IMG/VR virus record: IMGVR_UViG_3300028364_000001
Coordinates: 1-61,955 of that record
Length of the DNA stretch: 61,955 nucleotides
Direction: 5' to 3' (one strand)
Origin: a virus
Lineage: Duplodnaviria > Caudoviricetes
How positions within the stretch are numbered: position 1 is the stretch's first letter; the number at the start of each line of letters is the position of its first letter. Made by a program: the position numbers and the translations under genes. This document shows, one piece after another, positions 8,721-18,169 of the stretch. The notes beneath the pieces are model-generated. The model saw nothing but the letters and a program-made list of their open reading frames with translations. It was not told the origin of the DNA and searched no databases.

Positions 8721-11168
8721 TCATGCTTTTCCTCCCTTACGTGCCAACTCCTTGGCGATGTCGATGCCCATGGCGAGCCCCTTGGCCTTGTCTTCCCGTG
8801 TCGCGTTGGTCGCGTCCTCTGCGACCCGCACCCCGAGCCGGGCGCCCTCGCGCTTGTCCTCGGCCGCGATCCGTTCCCGCTGGACAGCCGAGCCGTCGGC
8901 GGCCTTCATCGCGTCGAGCTCGAGACGCTTGGTCTTGATCTCCGCATCGAGCCTGATCTTCATCTCTTCGAGCTCCAGCTCCTTCAGCTGGATCTGCGTG
9001 AGCGGGTCCTTGGCCACCTGCTCGGCCTGCTGCTGTGCAGCCTCGGCCTGATTTTCCTGCAAGAGCTTGCCCGCCGCCGCAGCCACGAGCCTTGACAGCT
9101 CCACCTCGACGTCCTCGGGCAGGGGCTCGTCCTCGGCTGGCAGGGGCACACCCAGCTGGGCTTCCAACGCCTTGCGGTATCCCAGCGCCACGTGCTCGGT
9201 GATATGCGCAGCCAGAGCACTCTTGATTGCCCCGGCGAACGGGGACTGGCCGACGATCTGTGCCAGCTTGGGGTCCTGCGCGGCAGCCATGTGCACTGCG
9301 ATGTGCGCCTCGTGATCCTGATACAGGAACGCCTTGACCGGCTCCTGCTTGAGGACGGCCACGTTCTCCGCCACCGGGTCTTTCGGCTTCAGCTCACTTG
9401 GCAGCTTGATGATCTCCGAGGCGTCTTGGATACCCAGCACCTCCAGCATCTGCCGGTGCAGCAGTCCCATGTCGTACAGCTGCGGGGCCTGCGTCGAGAG
9501 CTGGAGAGCTGCCTGATACTGCATGATGCGCTGTGCGGTGGTTGCCGCGTTGGGGTCCGACACCGGGATGATGTCCACTCCCGAGCCAAAGTCCTTCGAC
9601 CGGTCGAAGTCCTCGTCGTCAAAGTAGTCGTATTGGCCAGACATGAAATCGCCGATCACCCGGGCGAGCAGCCGCAGCTCCTGCTTCATAGCGGCGTGCA
9701 GGCGGTGTTGGATGCCCGACATCACCTTCATGTTGCGCTCGAGGAGCGCCAGTGTGGTCCCGACCGGGGCCTGTGCGCTCATATCGCTGACCTGCAGGTC
9801 CGCCATGGAGCTGATCCGGCGGCCTTCCTGCACCACGTTGCCCAGCAGCTGGTACAAGACCACGCTTGGTTCCTTGTAAGGCATCGGGAACAGGGAGTCG
9901 CGGAGCGATCCGCCCACGATGTCCACGTCACGCCACTCGCCCGGCTTCAGGGGGCTGTTGTCCCCCTTGATGCGCAAGGATCGCGACTTCAGACCGGCGG
10001 GCAGGTTTGACAGCGTACCCGCGTCGATCAGCTGGCGGAGAATGGATGTGGCGGATTTCGTGAGGCCGCCCACAAGGTGCGTGAGACCCGTGCCATAGAA
10101 CCCCATCCCCGGGAGGTAGGGGTAGTGGGCGAAGTGCAACCGCTTGGTCTTGGTCTCGTCTTCTTCGTACCAGTTACGGTAGATGGCCAGCACCTTCCTT
10201 GAGGTGAGGTCGATGGTGACGACGTAGGGCCGGTCGATCTCCTCCGGGTCGTCAAGCGGCTCAGGGAGCGAGATGTCGACGTGCATCTCAAGCAGAGTGT
10301 GCCGCTCTTCGTCCTCGGTCGGGATATCCACGCCGGTGATCTTGGCGTAGGCCTCCTCGATGTCGGTGGTCTCCCGCACGGGGCTGTCGAGGGCCTCGTC
10401 CAAGTAGAGCCCTGCCACCTGCAGCTTGCGCACCTCGTTGGATGTCCGTTTCATCACGTGGGTGTAGCGGGGGCAGTCCTCCAGCCCGGCGGCGCCGTAG
10501 GACACGACGAAGTCCTCGGCCTGCACAAACACCGACCGCGGCCGCTTCATGGACGGATCGTAATAGACCTTCTTGAACGCGGAACCCGCCAGAGGGAGCT
10601 TGAACAGCATGCTCTCGGTCTCTTCGCGATACCCCGGCATGCGCTCGGTGATCTGGTAGTTCAGCTCCTGCTCGACCCGCTTGGCCTGCTCGACCTTCTC
10701 CCGGGTGGATTTACCCATAATCTTGGTCTTGGCCGGGCCCCCGGAGGGCATCATCTCGCCCATGGCCTGCGCTTGGAACCGCACGACAGCCTCGGCCAGC
10801 ATGGGGTGGAACACGCCGGATGCGCCGTCCCACGGCTCCATGCGGTCCTCGATCTTCATCCCGAGCAGCTCCAGCCCCTTGATGTATGACTCTGCCCAGT
10901 CCGCGCGGCTGCGGCGGTCCATCTCGAACCCGGTGATGAGATCCGAGGCGAGCTCTGCAAGAGCCTCCTCGTCGACGAACTCCGCGAGGTTGGCGTCGTG
11001 CTCCATGCTTTCAGGAGGGGTATCCGTCTCATCGCCGAACTCTACCGTGACGCTGCCATCCTCGCCTTCAATGGTGATAGACTCCGGGTCAAGGAGTTCG
11101 ATCTCCATGTCAGGCAGGTCTTCCTGAGCCAGAAAGTCTGACGGCTGCATCGGCTTCTCAATCGCCAT
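8721..11168 (-). CDS. Portal protein
   Basis: 815 aa, next to TerL; HPMLAEAVVRFQAQA, GSAFKKVYYD, RQLIDAGTLSNLP motifs. Confidence 0.85.
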   Translation of the reverse strand: MAIEKPMQPSDFLAQEDLPDMEIELLDPESITIEGEDGSVTVEFGDETDTPPESMEHDANLAEFVDEEALAELASDLITGFEMDRRSRADWAESYIKGLELLGMKIEDRMEPWDGASGVFHPMLAEAVVRFQAQAMGEMMPSGGPAKTKIMGKSTREKVEQAKRVEQELNYQITERMPGYREETESMLFKLPLAGSAFKKVYYDPSMKRPRSVFVQAEDFVVSYGAAGLEDCPRYTHVMKRTSNEVRKLQVAGLYLDEALDSPVRETTDIEEAYAKITGVDIPTEDEERHTLLEMHVDISLPEPLDDPEEIDRPYVVTIDLTSRKVLAIYRNWYEEDETKTKRLHFAHYPYLPGMGFYGTGLTHLVGGLTKSATSILRQLIDAGTLSNLPAGLKSRSLRIKGDNSPLKPGEWRDVDIVGGSLRDSLFPMPYKEPSVVLYQLLGNVVQEGRRISSMADLQVSDMSAQAPVGTTLALLERNMKVMSGIQHRLHAAMKQELRLLARVIGDFMSGQYDYFDDEDFDRSKDFGSGVDIIPVSDPNAATTAQRIMQYQAALQLSTQAPQLYDMGLLHRQMLEVLGIQDASEIIKLPSELKPKDPVAENVAVLKQEPVKAFLYQDHEAHIAVHMAAAQDPKLAQIVGQSPFAGAIKSALAAHITEHVALGYRKALEAQLGVPLPAEDEPLPEDVEVELSRLVAAAAGKLLQENQAEAAQQQAEQVAKDPLTQIQLKELELEEMKIRLDAEIKTKRLELDAMKAADGSAVQRERIAAEDKREGARLGVRVAEDATNATREDKAKGLAMGIDIAKELARKGGKA

Positions 11169-11173
11169 GTTTA

Positions 11174-11677
11174 TTACCTCTGCTGCTGCCCGAAGAACCT
11201 GCCCGGTCCTCCGTCGTAAAACCCGCGATCTTCGCCGGACATGCGCTGCTCGGCAAGCCCTGAAATCCCGGTACCCTTACCTGACAGCCCCCTGCCTTTA
11301 CCGGCACCGGGTATGCCCATACCTCCTCCGAGCGCCATCTGGGCTCGCTCCCGCGTGGCGGCCTGCGCCGCGGCCAGTGCGTCGAAGTTCGGGGTGTTGA
11401 TGTTGATCTGCATGCCTGTAGGTGGAGCCTGCGGCGCTGCCATCATCTCTTGGGACGGCCGCACCCTGTTCAAGAGTTGTGACCCGTATAACTGCTGGGC
11501 GCTGGGAAGTAGCTGCGCCAGCCCCTGTGGCATGGCTTGTGGCATGGCCTGCTGGGGCGCCATGCCTTGCGGCATACCCGGTGGGGGCGCCATGCCTTGC
11601 GGCATACCCGGTGGGGGCGCCATGCCTTGCGGCATACCCGGTGGGGGCGCCATCCCCCCGCCTGTTGAAAACTCCAT
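11174..11677 (-). CDS. Pro/Gln/Met/Gly-rich low-complexity protein
   Basis: (MAPPPGMPQG)x3; fills the TerL-portal gap with a GAGG RBS. Confidence 0.55.
   Translation of the reverse strand: MEFSTGGGMAPPPGMPQGMAPPPGMPQGMAPPPGMPQGMAPQQAMPQAMPQGLAQLLPSAQQLYGSQLLNRVRPSQEMMAAPQAPPTGMQININTPNFDALAAAQAATRERAQMALGGGMGIPGAGKGRGLSGKGTGISGLAEQRMSGEDRGFYDGGPGRFFGQQQR
11554..11653. repeat. Tandem 30-bp repeat, about 3.3 copies
   Basis: ggggcgccatgccttgcggcatacccggtg repeated. Confidence 0.9.
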
Positions 11678-11923
11678 GGCTTACCTCGTCAGCATGTATG
11701 TTGGCCGCACTATAACAGCAAAGTGGCCTTGAGCGGAAGTCACTTGCTGGAGCCCTCTTCAGGGCTAATGAAGGCGTATGTCCGCTCAAGGTTCCTGATG
11801 CTGGCGTTGAGCATGTCGATCTCGGTTTTCACGAAGTGCGGGAGCTTGCGATGCGCAGTGTGCGCCCCGCTCTGGAGGAGCCTGCGCCGCCGCTTCCACA
11901 ACTCTGTGTATCTCGCCTGCATC

Positions 11924-14900
11924 TCAGTAGTAGGCTGCACGTTTCGGGACATATTCGGTCTCGTCCTCATCCTCGTCTGTGGGCAGGCGGATAAACCCGC
12001 CCTGTCGGAACCTCGTCAGGGCCATCACTGCGGTATCCGCGAGGTCATCGTGGGCGCCGACCGGGAAACTCGCGATCTCCTCCACCAGCTCCTCGGCCCA
12101 ACGGGTCGTCGGCACCCAGACGATGCCTGCCAGCACGATATCTGCCACGGCCTGCATGCGCGCGAACTTGTTACCCGACCCACGGTGGGGGGTAAACTCC
12201 TGCAGCATCATGCCTGTGCGCCGCAATTCTTGAAACAGTGCCACCCCGGAGCTCTTTTTCTCCACGATGAACGCATCCGGCTCCCACTTCTGGTACAGCT
12301 CCGTGGCCAGCGCCCTCAGTTCAGGGTATTCGACCCGGCGCCGCACCGCGTCCAGCAGGATCAGGTTGTTCGTGCGCTCTTCCTCATGAAAAAACACGCC
12401 CCACGTGGTGATCGCGGTATAGTCGGCCTGTTCTTTCTGCTCCGCAGCAGCATCAAGTGCCATGATGATGTAATCCACCTCTGGTGGCTCGGTTCCCGTC
12501 CATATCCGCCACCATTCTCGTTTGATGAGCGCTGAACCTTCCGCCGTGGGGTCCTGCTGGTACTGGGCGTTCCACTGGAACGTGGGCATCGAGGCCTGCG
12601 TGCGGTGCAAGGCTGCCAGATCGAAGAACGCGGGCCACAACGCCTTCTCCTTGATCGTCCCATCAGGCTGCTTGATCTCCATGATGGCTGGAAACTCGAC
12701 CACCTCGTACTGATCGGCGTTGTCGTTCTGGGTCATGTCCTGCACGACTCGCCCCGTAAGGTCCAGGACATGCCAGCGAGTGTTATGGCTCACCAGCCCG
12801 TTCGCTATGAAGTTCTCCGTGCGGTTTATCTGGACATCGAACACTTCTTCCCGCCCTGCAGGGGTGATCGACTCAATCTGGTCTTCGGTGAAGTCGCAGG
12901 TACTCGGCAACCGCAAGGGCGGTCTCTGCAGTTTTTGCGTATCCGGCGGCAAGGTTGCAGTCGTTGCAGAGCAGGGCTCTGACATACCCTCCCTCGTGAC
13001 AGTGATCGACGCACAGTTTGTTGTTCCAGTGCGCCCGGGTGTTGTGCTTGCTGGGGGGTTGCTTGCAGATAGCACACTTGCCCTCTTGGGCGACCAGCAT
13101 CCTGTCGTGCTCCTCCATACTAAGCCCGTACCGGTGTTTAAGATGTATCCTGCGTCTGTCTTCGGGGCTCTGACTCCTCTTTCCAGATGCCCACAGGCTT
13201 TTGTTATAGTGGCTTCTGCAAAACCCTTTAGCTTTCGCAGGGGCATCACAGCCTTCGATAGAGCAGCTCTGGCCCACGTGCTTCCCCCAGTGACCCACAC
13301 CGCGCCGGGGCGCGTCGGGGTTCTTCCGGTGGTAGCAGTCGAAGGATTTGTGAGCCCCTCACTTGCTCCGCTTGGTTGTCGCGCTAGATGGGCGGTCGCA
13401 TCCTTCAGCGATACAACGAAATCCCCCGTCCTCAAGTCTTTCAGGCGTACCCATGCAGTCTCTCCCGTTTGTGTGCGGACCAAGAACGGATGTCGTTCGT
13501 TCGCCCTCACAACAATACCAGAAGTCATCTTGATTGCATATATGCAATCTATACCATTTGACTGATGGTTCACCACCTTCTCATAGTCTAGGCGCCCGTC
13601 GTCATATGTCGCAACGACGTCTCCGACGCGGATATCCCGCAGGGGCTTCCCGCGCCCGTCCTGCATGAGGACCGGGGTGTCGCCTGTCATGCACTGGACC
13701 AACGCCACGCAGCCCCCGGGCATGAGGCGTGTCCGCGCGCCGAAGGTGAACCATTGATATGCCTTGTCGAACACCTCGAAATTGCCCGCCAGCACGTCCT
13801 GCTCGGAGTGTGGGTCGTCGATGATCAGCATGTCCGCACCGCGCCCGGCCAGACTTGAGCCCACACCGGTGGCGTAATACTCGGACCCGTGGTTCGTGCT
13901 CCACCGGCCAGCCGACTTGGAGTCCTGTGCGAGGGTGATCCCTGCGAATATCTCCTGATACCGCGTGTCATTCATCAGGTTCCGCACCTTGCGGCCGAAG
14001 TCCACCGCCAGATCGGTGGTGTGGGACACCATCATGACCTTCTTGCCGGGGTTACGCCCAATGTACCACGCGGGGTAGTATATGGAGACAAGCTGCGAGT
14101 TGTGCGTGGGTGTCAGATTCCGGCCTACCAGATACAGCCCGTCCGGGCTGTCTACCTGAATGCAGTGCCCCACCTCCCCGTTGGGGTTCAGCCGGATAGC
14201 TGCGATTGCCTTCCTGCGCTGCGGGGCCAACCGTTTTATATGTTTGTGGGGGATGTGCACCGGTATATCAATGGTGGGCTGGAAACCCACATAATACACG
14301 ACTTGCCTGCCCACGATCCCGCTCGTCGATGTCGTTGGCGGTTGCTCATACATATAGGGCGCCTGCCCAAGCCCTGTCAGCATCTCCAGCAGGGAGTCCT
14401 TCAACGGGGCAGAACACGTGGCGATCCGCACGCGCCCGGTGCTGCGCTCGACGTGCCCGTCAGTGTCGATGAGCCCCGCCAAGAGATCGAGCCTCTGCTC
14501 CAGAGATGCCCTTATGTAGATGTCGGGTATGTGCTTGTTCCCCAACACCCCCACGTGCCGGAGAGTCTGTTTTATCCCTTGGTAGCAAAACCCTGCTGAT
14601 ATGACCCCGGTATCCTTGTGCACAGCCTCCCAAGTTACGCGAAACCCTCGGCGCTGCAGCTCTGCTCTAGGCTGCGGGTAGTCCGGGTGATATACGAAGT
14701 CAGGGTGCGTCGCCCGGCCGTCCCCTAACCAAACCCCCAAAAAGTATGGGTCCAGAGGCAGCTCTGCCACGGGAAACTCCAGAGGCGTGATTTCAGGTAG
14801 CTGGTATTGGAACCGATTGCCGTTGGTGAGGTTACGTGGCTGGCCAGCTGTGGGCCCGACCCTGCTTGGCTCTAGGAACCATTGGGTCTCCTGTGTTTCC

Positions 14901-15406
14901 CACACCCTTTTCGGGCGACTGTACACAGTCCACTCATGGGCCCCATGGCAGCGTATGGTATCCCCGTTGGTGAACTCCACCTCGTAGTCCGCAGGAGCGG
15001 TGTCGGACACTGCAAGCACCTCGACAGGTTCGCCCGACGGGTGAAACACATAGTCCCCTACCTGAAGCTCCCCGTGAGTTCTCCATCCGGCTGGTGTAAG
15101 GACGGGCGTGCTGTCTGCTACAAGTTTGCCGTGGCGAGGAGGCATGTTCACTGCCACCCGGTCCTTGGCGCCGTTATCCAGTGCCATAAGCTGGTCAGCG
15201 AGGATGCGGTGGTGTCGTCCCACCTTATAGTCAGGCTGCATATATTTGCAGAACGCGATCAAGTCGTCGTAGGCCGCTTGCCGGGCCGAGCGATCCTGCA
15301 GGTCGGAGACCATGGCCTCCACCTCCGCCGCCTCGTCGTGCGTCAGCTGGTCGATGTTTGCCAGCAAGGTGCGCAGCTCGGCTTCGGAGAACCCAACGTC
15401 AGACAT
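11924..15406 (-). CDS. terL: Terminase large subunit with two inteins (1160-aa precursor, about 514 aa spliced)
   Basis: Spliced Walker A MPPRHGK|S, Walker B LIIDDP, VQ|TRWH, nuclease-domain ALDAA and HDDLAD. Confidence 0.93.
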   Translation of the reverse strand: MSDVGFSEAELRTLLANIDQLTHDEAAEVEAMVSDLQDRSARQAAYDDLIAFCKYMQPDYKVGRHHRILADQLMALDNGAKDRVAVNMPPRHGKLVADSTPVLTPAGWRTHGELQVGDYVFHPSGEPVEVLAVSDTAPADYEVEFTNGDTIRCHGAHEWTVYSRPKRVWETQETQWFLEPSRVGPTAGQPRNLTNGNRFQYQLPEITPLEFPVAELPLDPYFLGVWLGDGRATHPDFVYHPDYPQPRAELQRRGFRVTWEAVHKDTGVISAGFCYQGIKQTLRHVGVLGNKHIPDIYIRASLEQRLDLLAGLIDTDGHVERSTGRVRIATCSAPLKDSLLEMLTGLGQAPYMYEQPPTTSTSGIVGRQVVYYVGFQPTIDIPVHIPHKHIKRLAPQRRKAIAAIRLNPNGEVGHCIQVDSPDGLYLVGRNLTPTHNSQLVSIYYPAWYIGRNPGKKVMMVSHTTDLAVDFGRKVRNLMNDTRYQEIFAGITLAQDSKSAGRWSTNHGSEYYATGVGSSLAGRGADMLIIDDPHSEQDVLAGNFEVFDKAYQWFTFGARTRLMPGGCVALVQCMTGDTPVLMQDGRGKPLRDIRVGDVVATYDDGRLDYEKVVNHQSNGIDCIYAIKMTSGIVVRANERHPFLVRTQTGETAWVRLKDLRTGDFVVSLKDATAHLARQPSGASEGLTNPSTATTGRTPTRPGAVWVTGGSTWARAALSKAVMPLRKLKGFAEATITKACGHLERGVRAPKTDAGYILNTGTGLVWRSTTGCWSPKRASVLSASNPPASTTPGRTGTTNCASITVTREGMSEPCSATTATLPPDTQKLQRPPLRLPSTCDFTEDQIESITPAGREEVFDVQINRTENFIANGLVSHNTRWHVLDLTGRVVQDMTQNDNADQYEVVEFPAIMEIKQPDGTIKEKALWPAFFDLAALHRTQASMPTFQWNAQYQQDPTAEGSALIKREWWRIWTGTEPPEVDYIIMALDAAAEQKEQADYTAITTWGVFFHEEERTNNLILLDAVRRRVEYPELRALATELYQKWEPDAFIVEKKSSGVALFQELRRTGMMLQEFTPHRGSGNKFARMQAVADIVLAGIVWVPTTRWAEELVEEIASFPVGAHDDLADTAVMALTRFRQGGFIRLPTDEDEDETEYVPKRAAYY
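12782..13693 (-). mobile_element. TerL intein 2 (304 aa, C...HN|T)
   Basis: CMTGDTPVLMQDG...ANERHPFL...VFDVQINRTENFIANGLVSHN|T; the centre has no in-frame endonuclease motifs. Confidence 0.9.
12873..13298 (-). CDS. Endonuclease VII-family homing endonuclease in an alternative frame inside TerL intein 2
   Basis: RYGLS.EE...M...Q.GKCAIC...LCVDHCH..G.VRALLC..CN...G; N-terminal CSIEGC...GFCRSHY zinc knuckle. Confidence 0.85.
   Translation of the reverse strand: MGHWGKHVGQSCSIEGCDAPAKAKGFCRSHYNKSLWASGKRSQSPEDRRRIHLKHRYGLSMEEHDRMLVAQEGKCAICKQPPSKHNTRAHWNNKLCVDHCHEGGYVRALLCNDCNLAAGYAKTAETALAVAEYLRLHRRPD
14099..15124 (-). mobile_element. TerL intein 1 (342 aa): class-3-like, in-frame LAGLIDADG endonuclease
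   Basis: Inserted in Walker A (GK|LVADSTP...THN|S); LGVWLGDG and LLAGLIDTDG; W (HEW), C (HCIQV) and T (THN) signature. Confidence 0.88.
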
Positions 15407-15567
15407 CAGTGGCAGTCCCGATCACGCCCGTCCAAGGCGTTGTGCACAAACAAGTCGAGGACCTCCTCGTCACGCACCGGTTTGCACCAGCAGTTGCGGG
15501 ATATCTCGTGCTCCTTGGTGTCGCTGCCGGGAACGACGTGGAAGTCGGTTTTCCTGTCCCTACTCAT
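15406..15567 (-). CDS. Small His/Cys protein (53 aa)
   Basis: HVVP..D..EH....CWCKP...VHNALDGR; TGATG overlap with the TerL start. Confidence 0.6.
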   Translation of the reverse strand: MSRDRKTDFHVVPGSDTKEHEISRNCWCKPVRDEEVLDLFVHNALDGRDRDCH

Positions 15568-15970
15568 CTGCGACGTCTCTCGTGATCAGCTCTTCGGCGG
15601 CCGTCAGGCGCTCCTGCAGCCACTGCACGTCTTCGGCGTTGTCCACGTTGGTCCATGTGTGGATCTGTCCTGACTGACGCACGACGATTATGGCGGACAC
15701 GTCAGGTTCGCACGCGTGGCGCCCCATCCGCTCGCGCGCGAAGTCCACCAAGTCGTTGCCCATGACATGGGTGACGGGGTTATCTCCTTCCCACGCAGTG
15801 TCTGGCAGCTCCGGCACGTACCAGCCGCCCTCTGCACCTACGATCAGGCTGCTGCAGGCGGTGCACGTGAGGACCCCCTCGCCGCCCAACGCGAAGCTGG
15901 CACAACCGCAGCCGCACACCCACACCACCTCGGGTGGAGCTTTCGATGGGAACGCGATCACTTCACTCAT
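15560..15970 (-). CDS. Hypothetical Cys-containing protein
   Basis: MSEVIAFPSK...CGCGC...CTAC; GGAGG RBS. Confidence 0.6.
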   Translation of the reverse strand: MSEVIAFPSKAPPEVVWVCGCGCASFALGGEGVLTCTACSSLIVGAEGGWYVPELPDTAWEGDNPVTHVMGNDLVDFARERMGRHACEPDVSAIIVVRQSGQIHTWTNVDNAEDVQWLQERLTAAEELITRDVADE

Positions 15971-16559
15971 CGTAGTCTTCCTCCTCCGGTTCTTCTGGCT
16001 CATCATCTATGAAGTCTGCGTCCTCGACCGTCAGCAGCTGCTGCAGCTTGGCACGCAGTCGATCCTTCACGTCGTCGGTAGTCTGGTGGGTGACCGTGAC
16101 CTCACGCTTCTCGTTGAACAGGCCCACGTCGCCAATCTTGCCGAGCAGCTCCAAGGCGCGCAACCGCACCCGCGGGTCAGGGTTCTCCGTCTCGACCACC
16201 AGCTTGTTGGTCACGAGGAACCGCACCTGCTGTGCTTCCTGCACCACCTTGTGGCCGAACTCCTGCAAGATGTGTTCTGTGAGCAGCAGGGCCGCCGGGG
16301 TCTGCTTGAGCAGTCCAAGGGCCGCAGCCTTCAACATCAGCTCACCCGGCTCCTGCGCCGCCTGCCGGGTGATCCCCGCCGCATAGTCGAGATCTGCATC
16401 TGTGGGGGCGAAGGTGAGACCTGCCTCGGCAAGCAGCCGGGCCGTGGCCGCAGCGGCCTTCAGTGTCGGCACGAACCGATCAAATTCATCGTTGTCGGGC
16501 ATTGGCATATCTACCTCAGGCGTCAGGCATATCATCGTCATCAGCGCCTCCTGACACAA
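15963..16559 (-). CDS. Putative terminase small subunit
   Basis: RLRALELLGKIGDVGLFNEKREVT motif; upstream of TerL; exact start uncertain. Confidence 0.6.
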   Translation of the reverse strand: MCQEALMTMICLTPEVDMPMPDNDEFDRFVPTLKAAAATARLLAEAGLTFAPTDADLDYAAGITRQAAQEPGELMLKAAALGLLKQTPAALLLTEHILQEFGHKVVQEAQQVRFLVTNKLVVETENPDPRVRLRALELLGKIGDVGLFNEKREVTVTHQTTDDVKDRLRAKLQQLLTVEDADFIDDEPEEPEEEDYDE

Positions 16560-16660
16560 TATAGCCCCCCTTGGCAGAAAAGGGGAGTACCTAAATAAAA
16601 CAGGGGGTGGGGGTCTTCTGAGGGTGGCGACCGGCTGAAAAAATAATCAGGGGTGGGGGT

Positions 16661-16864
16661 CTATGCTTCGCCCCTGCGCACCGAGACCATCAGTCTGAGC
16701 GTATAAGCCATGACTGGGCCAACAGCACGATGCTGGGGATCGTAAGGGTTCTCGTAGCGCCGGATCGTGCGCCCCCCATTCGCACCCATCCCCCACTCGT
16801 CAGCCAGCTCCTGCTCGTCGAAGCCAAGGTATTTGCGAGCGGCTTTGAACTCCGAAGGCGTCAT
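16661..16864 (-). CDS. XRE/Cro-like HTH DNA-binding protein
   Basis: MTPSEFKAARKYLG..EQELA..WG.....RTIRRYE. Confidence 0.8.
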   Translation of the reverse strand: MTPSEFKAARKYLGFDEQELADEWGMGANGGRTIRRYENPYDPQHRAVGPVMAYTLRLMVSVRRGEA

Positions 16865-17016
16865 GCACCAAACCCTATCAGTGCCCCTAGCACTGCGCCC
16901 ACGACGATGAACCCTGACCAGAGCTGTTCCCCTGTTGCGGTCCCTTCGATGACGGACACGGCCATGCCCGTGAAGTAGCCCACTGCTGCACCTGCGAGTG
17001 CGCCCACGACGATCAT
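16861..17016 (-). CDS. Small membrane protein
   Basis: Two hydrophobic segments; AAGGAG RBS. Confidence 0.55.
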   Translation of the reverse strand: MIVVGALAGAAVGYFTGMAVSVIEGTATGEQLWSGFIVVGAVLGALIGFGA

Positions 17017-17265
17017 ATTGTTGCTCCTTGGTTGCTGCCTCGTAATATATTGCACCTTATAGTGGTGTGTCAAGGGGAATAGTGGTGGCTGGACATATAT
17101 AAAATATATGCTGCAACGCAGAAAAACTGAAAATGGTTCGTGTGGAATAGTAATATATACAGCGCCCCGCCCGCCCCCTCATATGGGGTGATACCCCCTG
17201 CGTGGGGTTCGCTGGATTCACCCTCAAAAACGACCCAGCCCCATTAGCCCGCTGGCCTAAGTCTA

Positions 17266-17294
17266 TTGATCTTAACCCAAGCCTATCCTATAAG
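17266..17294 (+). promoter_or_regulatory. Putative sigma70 early promoter
   Basis: TTGATC-17 nt-TATAAG upstream of 17352; degenerate TTAG palindrome directly upstream of the -35. Confidence 0.55.
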
Positions 17295-17351
17295 TAGGTT
17301 GTCAGGACGGAATAACCCGTTCCCGACATTCAATCGAAAGCAAAACACACT

Positions 17352-18128
17352 ATGGAAAACACAATCAACACCCCCCGCGATACTTCAAACGATACCCCCC
17401 GCGATCTTTCCTTGATCCTTTCGACGATTCCATTGGCCATCCGCGCAATGGGGAAGGAAGCGACTGCCACTGTCGCCGCTGACACCGCCGCCATGGCGGT
17501 TCATGACGCGGCGGTAGCTACGTTCGGCACTGCGCGTTGTTTGACCGCCACGTCACGCGACAAGGACGCCACGCCTGTTGAGGCGCTGGCCTATATTGAC
17601 TGTAAGGAAGCGGCTGTCGCTGAAGTATGGGGCAAGGCGTTCGCTGACAAGGTAAACAATGGTGGCGCGGCAAAGGAAAAGATTGGCGCGCCCAAGCGTG
17701 GCATGGCGTCTAATACCCGTTCATACTGGCAACAACAAAAAGGCAAGGTTTGGAGCCGGATAACAGCACGCATTGCCAAGGTACTGGCAGAACGCCGTGC
17801 CGCACAGGATACGACAACCGGCGGCACGAAAGCACCAAACCGCAAGGCTGGGGTGGACGAACGCGCAATCGCCGCGCTAGGCGTACCGATGAAGGCAATT
17901 CGCAAGGCGATGGAATCGACCGATGGCAAGGGCGAACAACTGCCGCCCCATATCGACGCGAATGCTTTCCTTCGCTTGTCTGAATTGGCATTGCTTGCCT
18001 TGTCACCGATTCGTGCCAAGCAAGAGCAAGCCCGCATTGCCCTGACCGCGTATGATGCAGCGGTGTCGCTTGTGGGCAAGAGCAAGCCCCGCCCGACTGG
18101 CAAGCTGGCAAGCAAGCCCAAATCCTAA
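17352..18128 (+). CDS. Hypothetical early protein (258 aa)
   Basis: Stand-alone unit with its own promoter and terminator. Confidence 0.7.
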   Translation: MENTINTPRDTSNDTPRDLSLILSTIPLAIRAMGKEATATVAADTAAMAVHDAAVATFGTARCLTATSRDKDATPVEALAYIDCKEAAVAEVWGKAFADKVNNGGAAKEKIGAPKRGMASNTRSYWQQQKGKVWSRITARIAKVLAERRAAQDTTTGGTKAPNRKAGVDERAIAALGVPMKAIRKAMESTDGKGEQLPPHIDANAFLRLSELALLALSPIRAKQEQARIALTAYDAAVSLVGKSKPRPTGKLASKPKS

Positions 18129-18137
18129 GATACAATT

Positions 18138-18169
18138 GCCCCTGTGCCGCAAGGCATGGGGGCTTTTTT
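18138..18169 (+). terminator. Rho-independent terminator
   Basis: GCCCCTGTGCC-GCAA-GGCATGGGGGC followed by TTTTTT. Confidence 0.85.
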
